A DNA stretch of 64,000 bases from Lama guanicoe (lineage: Eukaryota), in assembly GCA_013239625.1 (NCBI GenBank), contig MU053482.1:595168-659167 (forward strand). The letters run 5' to 3'. Below are positions 50,363 through 62,358 of this stretch, in pieces; position 1 is the first letter of the stretch, and each line of letters starts with the position of its first letter. The notes beneath the pieces were generated by a model. That model was given only the letters and a program-made list of their open reading frames with translations. It had not been told where the DNA came from and searched no databases. The position numbers were made by a program, and so were the translations under genes.

Positions 50363-51810
50363 TCATGCTGAACGGGGGCATTGTCTGGGAGTTTTTAATG
50401 GAACGAGCGAACCTGATCTTGTGTGGCTGGGGTTCAAAAAGAGCCTTAGTTGCTGTTTTCCACACCTTAGACAACAGAAAACAATTAATCTAAATATTAC
50501 ATATATACTTTTATTAGCAGAAGTGATAACAGTAACTGTAGAATTCCCATAAGGATGGATCTGAGACCTTGGGGTGAAAAGAGGCCAGAAAACCAAGTAT
50601 CGACTTGAGATGTAACTTCTTGCACATACGCATCTGAATCCCCTCCGTTATTTATTTGTTGTTTCATGTCCTCCGGAGCAGTTGTGATGTTCTTGGATTC
50701 ATCTGGTATGAAAGTACAACAGGCAATATGGATAACAGCACGAGTTGCTCCTTGCATCACATATCAAGAGCCATTCGGTTTTGTAAAATGGCCCTTCTCA
50801 TTAGTCACACCTCAGCGTTGAGCGGGGAGATTCCCCTTTGACTATCACTGAGGGCCTTCTGGGTGAATTTAGCTGAAGTCTCAATATGGAGGGTTACACT
50901 TTCCAAGCCTATGTTAGGTAATAAGCAGGTGATCATAGCATTTGAAAACAGACCGGCTCCAGCAAGAACGAAGGTATGGCAGGTTAGCAATATGAGTGGA
51001 GGGCAGCGTTGTGTACCGATGATCCTGAGACCATGGAAACCCAAGGGTGCATCTTCCTATCCAACCAGGTGGCAACCAAGGCCAAAGATTATCTCCACAT
51101 AGCCATAATGTGCCATTAGGGGCATTCCATGTCTGGTCTCTGTTCCCAATTTGTGGTGAGCCAATCAGTCTTTTTAAGAATAATAGTATGAGTACAAGCT
51201 TCTAGAGTTATCCATCCCATATGTTGGGTGGAGCTCTTGGATGTTTCTAATGAATGATGTCATTGTTCTCAGCACAATGGAGCTGGCATGTTGAGTCTCC
51301 CAAACTCAGGAGTGAGCCAGCAATTGCCACCCCAAATTTGATTAAACCTTTCTTTTATTCTGTGGGGATTATCTAGGTTGGGATCCTGTTTATGTTCTTT
51401 TTGAAATTCCAGTAGGTACTCATTCGCTGTGTGAGAGTCTCCCTATAGGAGAACGAAAAATTGTGGCCTGGTATTTCAAGAGTGTTACTAATGGGCCAGC
51501 CTAGGGGATCATAATTGGTAATTTGTTTTGCCTATTGTTCAGGTTTTAATGGATGGCTGGGGTCATACCAAAGTAGCATGGCCATTCTTTGAGCCTGAAT
51601 ATATTTAAATAATTCTTTCCAGTCAGTTCTCTGGAGAGGGGATACTCACCAAGTGAGACCAGAGTCTCCTGAGACTGGAAGTTGGCCACAGATCCAACAA
51701 TTAAAATATTTAAATGAGTCTGCATATGAGAAGGCCCATTGCATGAAAACATTACTAGTTGTAAAAGGAAATTGCATAAGCATAAGAAAGACAAATTTAA
51801 GCAGAAACAT
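50363..51810 (-). pseudogene. env: Disrupted gamma-type retroviral env
   Basis: Signal peptide MFLLKFVFLMLMQF, CWIC motif, APNGTLWLCG..LWPWLPPGWIGRCTLG, ISD LQNRMALD (about 50763-50786), ACC, and TM helix ILMGILQLLLSLLLI. Broken by stops and frameshifts. Confidence 0.85.
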
Positions 51811-51849
51811 TTTTCTTAAACAAATGTTTAAGTCCCCATAAAGGTTGGA

Positions 51850-54800
51850 TACTCCATTTCGTTGCGTCCGCAGGAGTTTCTGGTGTGTAGTTCTCTGGGG
51901 GCTTCTTGACTCGAGTGTGGTAGATCCACATTTTGATTCCATAACATTTGAGAGATGTGTGAGTGGTGAGCAGTACGCCGTAGGGTCCCTTCCACTTCTC
52001 CTCAAGTTGTTGATCTGGTCCCTGTTCTTTCCAGACCTTTGTAGCAACTGGTCTCCTAGTTTAAATGGATGTAAAGGAGTGTCGTGTGGGAGCCCATGAT
52101 TGGGTTAACAAATTGTAACAGACCCCAGCCGCCTGTCACCTTTAAGAAGAACAAATGTGCTTAGTAACTGCTTTGCAAGCAGACACCCGTGCAGCTGCAC
52201 TCCTGTCTCCTTGCTGTAAAAAGCAGAGATAGTGCCTTGCTTGCATAGTTGAGGTTTTAGATAGCACTCGGCTCCTTGCAAAGCAATGACCCAGACCCTC
52301 AGCTATAAACACTGGACGTGCTTGCTGTTAGATAGTCTGTTATCCCCAAAACAAGGAACTGGCTAGTCTGGTGGTCTGCTTTGTAATTAATATACTAAAG
52401 AATGTATCTTGTTCCCCTCTCCCCATGACTTCCCTAAAGATAAACTAAGCCTTTATACTCATTGTGGATTCTACAATCTCTGTCTCATCCTGTCTTTCTC
52501 TAAGTTCCTGCATACCATCACACAACTGTTAATGATTTTTTCCTTTGATTATACTCAATAAATGTGGGAGCATTTGGGAGGCTCATGGAGTTGGCTCCCA
52601 ACTCCCTCTCGCTCTCTTGACTTTTTCCACAGAGTCTCAAGCAATTCATCCCGTCTTGGTGGGACTTCTGCTGGCCAGAACTCACAGTGTCGAGCTGAGG
52701 CGGACACCTGGAAGAAACAAACTCATGCGTAATAGTTAATATTTGACTAATCTGCTGTAGATAGTGCTTGGCCGTGGTTTCCTGGGTCAGTTGCAAATTT
52801 TCCTTTTTGCCTTAGGGCTTAGAAATGGTCTCCCACAAAGAATTTCATATGAGCTTAAACCAAGCCTGCTTCTTGGGGCCACCCTTACCTGCAGCACAGC
52901 AATAGTCAATACCTTACCCCATTTTAGTTGGGTTTCTTGACATAACTTGGCTAAAGTCTTCTTGAGTGTATGATTCATTTTTTTCCTGTTTTTCCCATAG
53001 ACTGAGGCCTCCATGCAGTGTGTAATTTCCATTCAGTTCCCAGATGTGTACTTACTTGCTGTGATGTTTCTGCAGTAAATGCTGGCCCATTGTCACTTTT
53101 GGAGGGTAGACTGAGGTCCATACCAGGGGATGAGTTCTTTAAGAAGTATTTGAGTGACTTCTGTGGCCTTTTCCATGCGAGCTGGGAAAGCGTCAGTCCA
53201 TCTTGAAAAAGTGTCTACAAAAATGAGCAAATAATGAAGTCTACCTGTGGTTCGAGGCACCTGAGTGAAGTCCATTTGCCAGTTGTCAAAACGGTGGTCT
53301 CCGATGTACTGAGTTCCTTGAGGGAGATTTTTCTCAACAGACTTTGGGTTGTTTTTAACGCAAATTGGGTATCCTTTAATGACTCACTGCATGGTTTGGT
53401 GAAGTTTGGGGCCTCTAATCCAAGGCTTAATTAAGTCCATTAAGGCATCCCTTCCATAGTGGGTATCATCATGTAAATGTTTGATTATGGGCCATACCAA
53501 AGTCTGAGGCAACAAGATCAGTCCAGTCTGTGGTCATTTATTTTCCAATTGTTGGAGGGGTCTGTTTTGTCAAATCCCCATTCAGTGGCCCTTTTGTTAT
53601 CTTCTTCTGAATACTTAGGCTGTTATTGAGTCAAATTTAACTGAGGAATTAGCGCCTCTGGTTTGGAAGTAAATATCCCTGGAGGGCAGCTGCTTTTGCC
53701 ACCCAATCTGCCATATGGTTTCCTGGGGACACATAGGATGTAAGCTTCTGGTGTCTACGGCAATGCATTACAGAAACAGCCTTTGGTTCAGTTATGGCCT
53801 GTAGGAGGGCCAATATATCCTTAGGGTGTTTAATTTATTTCCTGAGGTTAAGAGGCCCCTCTCTTTCCAAATTGCTCCATGGGCATGGACCACCATAAAA
53901 GTATATTTAGAGTCTGTGTAAATCTTAATCCTTTTTCCTTTTGATACTAGGAAGGCCTGGGTCAGTGCTCAGCCTTCTGGGCAGGGATGCCTGAAGGCAG
54001 TGCAAAAGCCTCAGTTATCTGGGACTTGGTGGTTTCTAGGTAACCAGCTTTGCATTGTCCATTTTTTATGTAGCTGCTCCCGTCTATAAATAGTTCCCAG
54101 TCGAGTTTTGGGAGAGGCTTGTCAGTTAAATCTAATCTGTTTGAATAAACAGTTTCTAGTGTTCCTAGACAATCATGATCTCATTTATTGTTTTCAGGTT
54201 CTGCTGTGGGTGTTGGCAACAGAGTGGCTGGGTTTAAGGTCATCACAGTTCTCAAGGTGACGTTTGGGTTGTCTAGTAAAGTTTCTTGATATCTTCCCAT
54301 TCTTCCTGCGGTGAGCCAATATCTCCTTTTCTGCTCTAGTAATACCGTGACCTGATGAGGCACATAAATCACAACGATTTGCCCAAGGGTGAACTTTTCT
54401 GCTTCCTGCAGCAAGTCACAGGTGGCTGCAACTGCTCGGAGGCAAGGAGCCATCCTTTTACTCTATTGTCCAGCTGTTTGGACAAGTATGCAACTGGGTG
54501 AGGGAAAGTTCCAAGCACCTGGATTAAGACACCCAGTGCTATCCCCTGCTGCTAATTCCTTCTTTAGGCCTGGCAACACCAATGCTGGGCTGAGAGCAAT
54601 CGAGTCTTAAGAGTGGTGAATGCCTGCTGACATTCCCCAGTCCATACCAAGGGCTCTGTGTCTGTGCCTTTTAGATCGTTGTAAAGGGGTTTGGCCATCA
54701 GTCCAATATTAGCTATTCAAATTCCACAAAATCCGGCCATTCCCAAGAATCTTCGCAACCGCTTTTTGTTTCTAGGGACCTTTAAGTTTCAGATGCTATT

Positions 54801-55410
54801 TTGCAGTCGTGTAAGAGATTGTGAGATCCTTGGGATATCTGGAACCCTAGGTAATTTACTTGCTTCTTGCAAATTTGGGCTCTATTAGGAAATACTTTAT
54901 ATCCACAACAAGCCAAGAAATTAAGTACCGTTATGGTATTTTCCTTACAATGATCAAGGTCTAAGCTTGCAATTAACAAATCATTCACATATTGTAAGAG
55001 AACCCTTGATTCAGGTGTAGATTTCAAAGATCCAGAGCAAGTGTTTTATTAAAGATGGTAGGGGAATTTTTAAACCCCTGGGGAAGCACAGTCCAGCAGT
55101 ATTGAGTCTTGACCCTGGTGTTAGTGTCTTGCCATTCAAAGGCAAATAATAATTGTGACTTTTTCCCAAGAGGTATGCAAAAGAAGGCATCCTTTAAATA
55201 GAGGGCTGTAAAATATTCAAATTCTCCAGGAATTGTAGTCTACAGAGTATATGGATTTGGCACTGTTGGATCGATGTCTTGGACAATGCAATGTCATTGA
55301 TGGCCCTCAAGTCCTGCACAAACCAATACTCTTCAGAATGAGATTTCTTAACTGGCAATATTGGGGTATCATAAGATGATCTAAATGGCTTAATCAGTCT
55401 ATAGTGCCTC
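51850..55410 (-). pseudogene. pol: Disrupted class I ERV pol (RT, RNase H, integrase); gag and 5'LTR absent
   Basis: RT: YDTPILPVKK...FVQDLRAIN, LPQGF, LLQYVNDLLIA. RNase H: FIDGSSY, YTDSKY. Integrase: MDFTQVP...VDTFSRW, DNGPAF, NHTLKKTLAKLCQET, and C-terminal KWKGPY. Confidence 0.92.
52085..52686 (+). mobile_element. Solo LTR inserted into the ERV integrase, with a 6-bp TSD (class II/ERVK-like)
   Basis: Termini TGTGGG...CTCACA, flanked by gtgtcg at 52079-52084 and 52687-52692. Removing it restores pol ...CPPQLDTPLHPFKLGD. Confidence 0.85.
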
Positions 55411-56548
55411 CTGGTCCTATAGTAGTGCCTCTCATGATGGAACAAAATTAAAAGTTTAAAAAAAAAAAACTCAATTGTAGCCTGTATATAAACTCAAAAT
55501 ACTGCTATTGGGAAGAGAGTAGGTGGGGAAGCAAGAGGTGGTATAACTGAGCAAAAGGCTTACCTATTAATGACAGGATGTCAATGAATAATATTGATAA
55601 TGATATTGATCATGATAAAATAATGGAACTTATAAACCTAATGTTGATAAACCTATGGAAGAGTGGTGAAAGCATGCTATTCAGAGACAACGGTAGTCAC
55701 CACCAAAAGAAAAATTGAATTAAAAGGGGTAATTTTGTGAGAGAAGGGTCAAAGTAATGTCCTGTGTGCTTTAATTTTTAACTGTATTTGTGAATTATTT
55801 TATTAAACAAATTGCAAATGAATATTTAAAAATATTTTTTAAGTGTTAACCCTCTCCCTTACAAATTAAGGTTTAAAAACTACTATGCTTCATGCTGCTG
55901 AGCATGCAGTAAGAGGGCCATGCTCATACACTGTATGTGACTAAGTTGGTGCAGTAGCTGTAGAAAATTATTTGGAAATATATTTATATTTATATTCATA
56001 CCCTTTGACTCCTGTATTTCAATTTTAGTAATTTAAGGGAATGAAATAAAATGAGCACTAAGATCTATCATGAAGATGATTTTTACAACATTATTCATAA
56101 TTTGTATATTTTGGAAACAACAGAATGTCTTTTTTTTTTTTACAGTAGGATCTTGCTGTTTATTTATTTTATATATAATAGTTAGTATTTGCAAATCTCG
56201 AACTCCCAATTTAAAATTTATAACTCCCATTTACAATTATGCTCACATCTAATATCAAGATGAGTTCCTTTCCAGGAAAGTCAAATGTTTTGATAGTGTT
56301 GGATAGCAGAGGACAGCCTAAAGGCATTAAAACTGGGATGAGAAGATTAGGATAGAAAAGATCCCTGAAAAGGAGATGGAGGAGCTTTTCAGGGATAGCC
56401 TTGTATGCTGTTAAGTGGAAAGGATTGGTCCATAGCTAGGATATGGTAACTTCAGTGGTTCCAGAATAAATCAAGGAAATAATTACCTGGAGTTTTTGAA
56501 ACATCAATCATTAGAGTGGCATCTAAAATTGATTCAAGCATTCTGGTC

Positions 56549-58200
56549 CAAGATGGTGGCATAGGAAGACCTTGAACTCACCTCCTCCCATGTATACACT
56601 GAATCTACACTTACATGTAGAACAATTTCTCCTAAAGAAGAACTGAGGGCTGATTGAACAGCTTCTGCACAACAAACAATAGAGAGACTCACAGAGATGG
56701 GTAGGAGAGACAGAGACACAGTAGTGATGTGACATGGTGACCTCCAGTAGGGAGGGATATTACTGAGGGTCTGTGAACAGACTCACCTACCTGGGGGCAC
56801 AGGAAAAAAAACAGCAATTTAAAGGGCATCTAGACTACACGTGAAAGAAATCCACTTACTAACCCTAGAGCATCTGCAAACAGATGCAAAACTGCTAGAG
56901 TTCTCTCTGGGGTCAGAGGCACTAGAGACCATCATCTTTCCTCCTCTGCCTTGGTATTGTGGGTGGGAACATGGTCCAAGCACTCTAGCCAGTCTGCCAG
57001 TACTGCCCCAGCACACCCTAGACTCCTGGCCCAGCTGTCCTGCCAAGGAGGCCCTGGGACCCCCTAAATCCTTGTCCACCAGGGCGGCCATGGCACGTCA
57101 TGCCCTAGGTTCCCTGGCCCATCCTCACTCTGGTTCCGGCTATCCTGCCAAGAAGGCCCCAACCCTTAGATCCTGCACAGGAGGGACAAGTGCCCTAAAT
57201 GTCTGGCCCTAAAAACCAATGGCAATTATGTTCAGGAAAGCCATAGAACTGTAGGGGATGAAAAGCTCTCTCTTAAGGGAGTTAGAGTTAATTCACTTAC
57301 CCCAAGACTCAATCCCCAGTACCTCTCTTAAAAAAGAAAAGAAAAGAAAAGAAAAGAAAAAATTCTCACTGGTAAATCTCACTGGTAAAGACATATACAT
57401 AGTAAAGGTAGTGGATAAATCACTTAATAAGGCCACTATGAAGGTTAAAAGACAAAAGTAGTAAAATCAGCTATAACTACAATAAATAGTTAAGGGATAC
57501 ACAAAATGAAAAGGTGTAAAATATGTTAAAAATATAAAATGTTGGGAGGAGTAGAAATGTAGTGCTTTTAGAATGCATTTGAAATTAAATGATTATCAGC
57601 TTAAAAGAAACTGATGTATATTTTCAGTATATATGAATATATATACATATATATTCATAAACCTCATAGTAATCCCAAATCAAAAACCTACAAAAGATAC
57701 ACGAAAAATAAAGGAAAAGGAACCCGTACATAACACTTAGAAAAGAAATCAAACTGCAAGAGAAGAGACCAAGAGAATAAGAAAGTAACAATGAAGAACT
57801 ACAAAACAACCAGAAAACAATTAACAAAACGGAAGTCAGTACATATCTATCAATAAGCACTTTAAATCTAAACAGATGAAATGCTCTAATCAAAAGACAC
57901 TGGGTTAGTGAATGGTTAAAAAATCAAGACTCATCTATATTATGCCTACAGGACTTTACATCTATATACACATGAGACTGAAAGTAAAGGTATGGAGGGA
58001 AAGATACTTCATGCAAATGGAAATAAAAAGAAAGCTGGGATGACAATACTCATATAAAACAAAATAGGCTTTAAAACAAAATCTGTAACAAAATGAAATG
58101 ACAGACCCACAGCTAACATTTATACTCAACTGTGTAAAGCTGAAAGCATTTCCTCTAAGATCAGGACCAAGACCAGGATGCCCACTCTAGCCACTTCTAT
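56549..58200 (+). mobile_element. LINE-1 5' end with large internal deletions (5'UTR, inter-ORF, EN fragment, short RT fragment)
   Basis: L1 5' terminus caagatggtggcataggaagaccttgaactcacctcctccca. EN-like 'aatgctctaatcaaaagaca' and RT-region 'aagctgaaagcatttcctctaagatcagga'. Confidence 0.8.
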
Positions 58201-58209
58201 TCTTCAAAA

Positions 58210-58510
58210 GGCGGGGGAAGCTGGTCACTCACCTGCTGTCTCTTTCCCAATGAGGGGAACTCTTTTTAGCTGGAGACTTCCTTCTTGATGCTGAACAGTG
58301 CCAGCTTGGGGAATAGCAGGCAAAATAAAGCTGCTCTTCTTTTCTTTTTTGTATGGATATTCTCAAGATTTCTGTTCCACTCTGTTGCTGAGGTTTCTTA
58401 AGTGGAACCCCAGAGCTTTCCCAGCACTGTTTTTGCTTATGGACAGTTGCCTAATTATTGATCTTTGTGGGAGGATGGAGACTGGGATCTCCTAGGTGAT
58501 GTCACCATTA
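58210..58510 (-). mobile_element. L1 5'-end fragment, antisense
   Basis: 'tgtgggaggatggagactgggatctccta...' resembles an antisense L1M 5' terminus. Confidence 0.5.
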
Positions 58511-59056
58511 GATTCTTTCCTCTAGTTTCCACCTCTCTGCTGAAAATTTCCATATGTTGGTGCATGTCGTTCTTGTTTTCCCCCACAGCCTATTATTTTG
58601 GGGGCCCAGTCTTCCTCTCAGACTCTGCCACTGCTGCTTAGGGCTCTTGTCTGATCTTCTCCTGGAGGTTCCAGCTTTTATTTGATTTTTGACTATTTGG
58701 TTGTTTTCTGCCCTCTGCACTCTGATTGCTTCAAGAAACATAATTTTTATATTTGCGATGAAAAGGACACTCTAATTTTCTATAAATACGAGGAATTTAG
58801 AACTTCAACTATTAAATTTATTTTGGCATTTGTCTTACTTGTAACTTATCATTGCAACTCAGACAAAATACGGATTCAAATGCAAGGAGTGCTTTGTTTT
58901 TAAAAATTGTATTTTTTTCAAACCAATCTATCATCATACAAAGATTTTTGATAATATACAGATGGTAAACATTTTCAAGCATCTATTTATAAAAATGATC
59001 TTTTTACTTTTACTTTACTCGGAACATTAATTTAATTTTCCTCAGTGTTAAAATGT

Positions 59057-59490
59057 TGTATCAGTCAACACCCTGCCTGGGAAACTTAAATGCTTCAAAA
59101 AATTTAATGAAGCAATTGCTTATAGAGGTAAGAACAGAATTAAGGAAATCACCAAGGGATATTTAGACATACAGAGATGCAACAACAGGAAGCAATTACT
59201 ATCCTAAGTTAGAAGGGGAAAGGGAGAAAATTATGTAGTACTATATTCCAGAGAGCGATGCAGTCTGCAAGAGGGACCTCCTGCAAGAGTTGGGACGTAG
59301 ATGCTCTCAGAAAACGGGAAGCGAGCAGGGAAAAAATACTCAGTCTCTGTTTCTACTTCTATTGTTTTGTCCCCTACTGGCATTTCCCATTGTCCCCATC
59401 CAATTGAGAGCCAGCCAGCAAGGGAACCCAGTGATAGATTCCTTAGAGATCAGCCTTCTAGATCAGGGCAGAATGTAGAAGGACTTAGAA
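59057..59490 (-). mobile_element. ERVL LTR33-like solo LTR
   Basis: Starts tgtatcagtca; contains 'gcaacaacaggaagc' and 'cccattg...agccag..agcaagggaaccc...gatcagcct'. Confidence 0.55.
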
Positions 59491-59909
59491 TATTTCAATG
59501 TAAGTAGGTGAATGACAGAAACCAGTATAATCATCTTTTCCTTAAAGGGAGATTTTACAACTATTTATTTTGTTATACAAATCTCTTGTGCCATCCTAGG
59601 GGCATCCACTGCTCCTCCAAACAAAGGTCATCAAATTTTTGTTTTGTTTTTGGTACTTTGCAGACTAAGTTACCAATCATTCTTTGTGTTGTGCAAATGT
59701 TTTAAGGTTGCTTGCCATCACATAAATACTTGTAAAGATTCTACAATATGCTGAAGGTTTCTATTTCTAAAAATCTTCATATTGATGACATATTATGGAA
59801 ACCTGTACATTCTGACTTAAATATCTTTGCTTCAGTATCTTTGTCATCAATGATATGCTGAATGAATTGCACGTGAGTTGCTATTTCCCTAATTTATTTC
59901 TGAATTCCT

Positions 59910-60505
59910 CCTATTTTTAAATTGGCATACAGATTAGATTTTTAGAAAATGAATTTCATGAATTATAATTTAAATATGATAAAATAAACCTATTTAAAAC
60001 ATATAGTTAAATTAGTTTTGACAGATGTATGCACCTATGTAACCAGCTCCACAGTTAAGGTATATATTTCTCTGACATCAGATAATTCCCTTGTGCCCTT
60101 TTGCTGTCAGTTCCTATACACTGATCCCCAAGTAACTACTGACCCAATTCATAAAACTACTACACCGGTCCCCAAATAATTATGGACCCTAGAATTTCAT
60201 AAAAAGGGAATCTTACAGTATGAACTCTTGTTTAATTCATTTGTTCAGTACAACGTTTTTGAGATTCAACCATTATGTTGCATTTATCAATAGTTTATTA
60301 TTTTCTGCTGAGTAGTATTCTATTACATGGATGCTGCATAGGAATACATCACAGTTTATTTGTCCATTCGTCTATTGGTACACATTTGGGTTCTCCCCCA
60401 AGATTTTGGCTAGTTTGAATAAAGCTGGTAAGAATAATCGTAAGTTTTTGTGTGAGCAAAGGCTTTCATTTCTGTTGGGTACCTAGGAATAGAATTGCTG
60501 GGTTG
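59910..60505 (-). mobile_element. L1M 3' end
   Basis: 'ttttgagattcaacc...gttgcatttatcaatagttt...tgctgagtagtattctatt'. Confidence 0.75.
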
Positions 60506-61024
60506 AATAACATATGTTGGATTCCATATGCTCATTTAAAATTTGATCTCTTTAATAGAATTTGAAACCAAGAGAGACACAAAGATTCCAATCTGTGTCT
60601 ATAAGCATAATATAAAGGGCTTCAGAGGATCTTAACAAAGTCAGACTCATGGGAGTGCACTGTTTACTTCAGCTCTCAGGACCTTAATTTTAATAACTTC
60701 CTCTCAGGAAAACCCACTGTTCAGGCCCTTAGAGAATTTAGTTGATGTCTTCGAGACAAGTGGCAAAGCTTTAGGATGGGGAAATATTCTGTCTAGGAGT
60801 AAAAGTCCTGTGAGAAATGCCAAGTGGGATTTGTATCTTCAGGCTGCAGATTTCACCATCCTGTATTTAACCCATGACCCACCCCCTCACCAGTGACTCT
60901 ACTGCTCTGTACTTAGCTCAGCTCAGCCCATCAGGTGAGAGTGGAGAATGTGTCAAGGGGGCTGCATCTCTTCAGGAGTTTCTGCAGAGTCTCTGAAGAA
61001 TTGGCCTTTCTTATTCAGCACCAC

Positions 61025-61085
61025 CTTCCTACCTGCCTGCCTCCTTCCTTCCTTCCTTCCTTCCCTCCTCCCTCCTTTCTTCTTT
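61025..61085. repeat. (CCTT)n/(CCTG)n polypyrimidine tract
   Basis: Seen directly in the sequence. Confidence 0.85.
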
Positions 61086-61152
61086 GCAGAGGGCTTATCT
61101 TTAACTCTCCTCACATAAAACTCAGTATAGAAATCCTGCTTCAAGATGCCTG

Positions 61153-62358
61153 CAGGGATCAGATTCTACATGGAGGAAAAAAAATGAGTATTTTCACCCT
61201 AAAATCTCTAGTGTGATAATCTCCCACATTAACCTTATCTTCCAAAAACTGGACTCTGTCAGATACCGACCATCCTTTACTGACTTTGTGTCCCATCCTT
61301 TCATATTTTTCCCATAACCACAGGCAGGAAGCTACAGGAAACCTGTGGCCCTGGGTCTAGAAATTGAGATGAATACGTCAGCTGTTTGAAGAGTTTTGCT
61401 GCTGTAAGGCCCAATACCTTGCCCTATCACCTCTGTCACAACTCATTTGGGAGGTAGGAGTTTTGCCCACTTTGTAATCTTTGCTTCTTCTTGAGCTCAG
61501 GGTGGGAAGGAAAAAGACCTATTGTTTTTACAACTTTACCTACTCCCATGACCAGGTAAGCATGCCTCATCTTTCCTGCTGGTCATTTCTGTGGGTTCAC
61601 TGCTAATAGACATTGTGTCTTATATACTTAACTCACATTTTGTTGTTCCTGGTTGAATAAGTGTTCATGTTGGGGTATATGAGTGAAAATATGTTTAAAT
61701 TTGTATATGTGATAATGAGGGATATACATTTATTGATTATCTCAACAGATATTTATTGAAAAACTTATCTGTGTCAAGCAATGGGGATATAAAACTGATG
61801 GTGTTCATCTTCAAATAATTCATGAAATAGAAAAAAACAGAGTGACTTGAAAATAAGTATATATTGTATGATAGAAAATATGTATTAATAGTGGCGGGAA
61901 TGAAATCTAGAGGAGCAGAGAAACAGAAAGTAACTTAGCTTAATGAAGTCTATGAAAGCTTGGGTGAAGATATTAGAGCAGATTATTGAAGGATGACTAG
62001 GAGCTTATCTAGTTGGTAAAACAAGAAGTGAAGTTCAATGCAAGAAAGGGTCCAGGCAAATGCACAGCTTTATGTCACTTTACGTATGGGGGGCATTAGT
62101 TAAGAGTTAGGAAGTGGGGAGAGATGGCCTTGCAGACCTCTGTAGTCTGGCAGAGATGCTCTAGGACTACAGGGATCAGATTCTACACAGAAGGAAAAAA
62201 ATTAGTACTTTTATCCTAAAATCTCTAGGGTGATAATCTCCCACATTAACTTTATCTTCCAACAACCAGACTCTGTCTGATACCCACCGTCCTTTGCTGA
62301 CTCTGTGTCCCATCCCTTCATAGTTTCCTCATAACCACAGGCAGGAAGCTACAAGAAA
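61153..62358 (+). repeat. Dispersed direct repeat of about 190 bp (61153-61341 and 62170-62358)
   Basis: Both copies run cagggatcagattctaca...gtgataatctcccacattaac...cataaccacaggcaggaagctaca, roughly 85-90% identical by eye. Confidence 0.92.

Noticed and set aside
50363..51810. Domesticated env (syncytin-like gene)
   Set aside because: It has in-frame stops, several frameshifts, a mutated furin site and a mutated CX6CC motif.
60113..60205. Imperfect tandem duplication of about 40 bp
   Set aside because: It is local slippage within an old L1 3' end with no sign of function.
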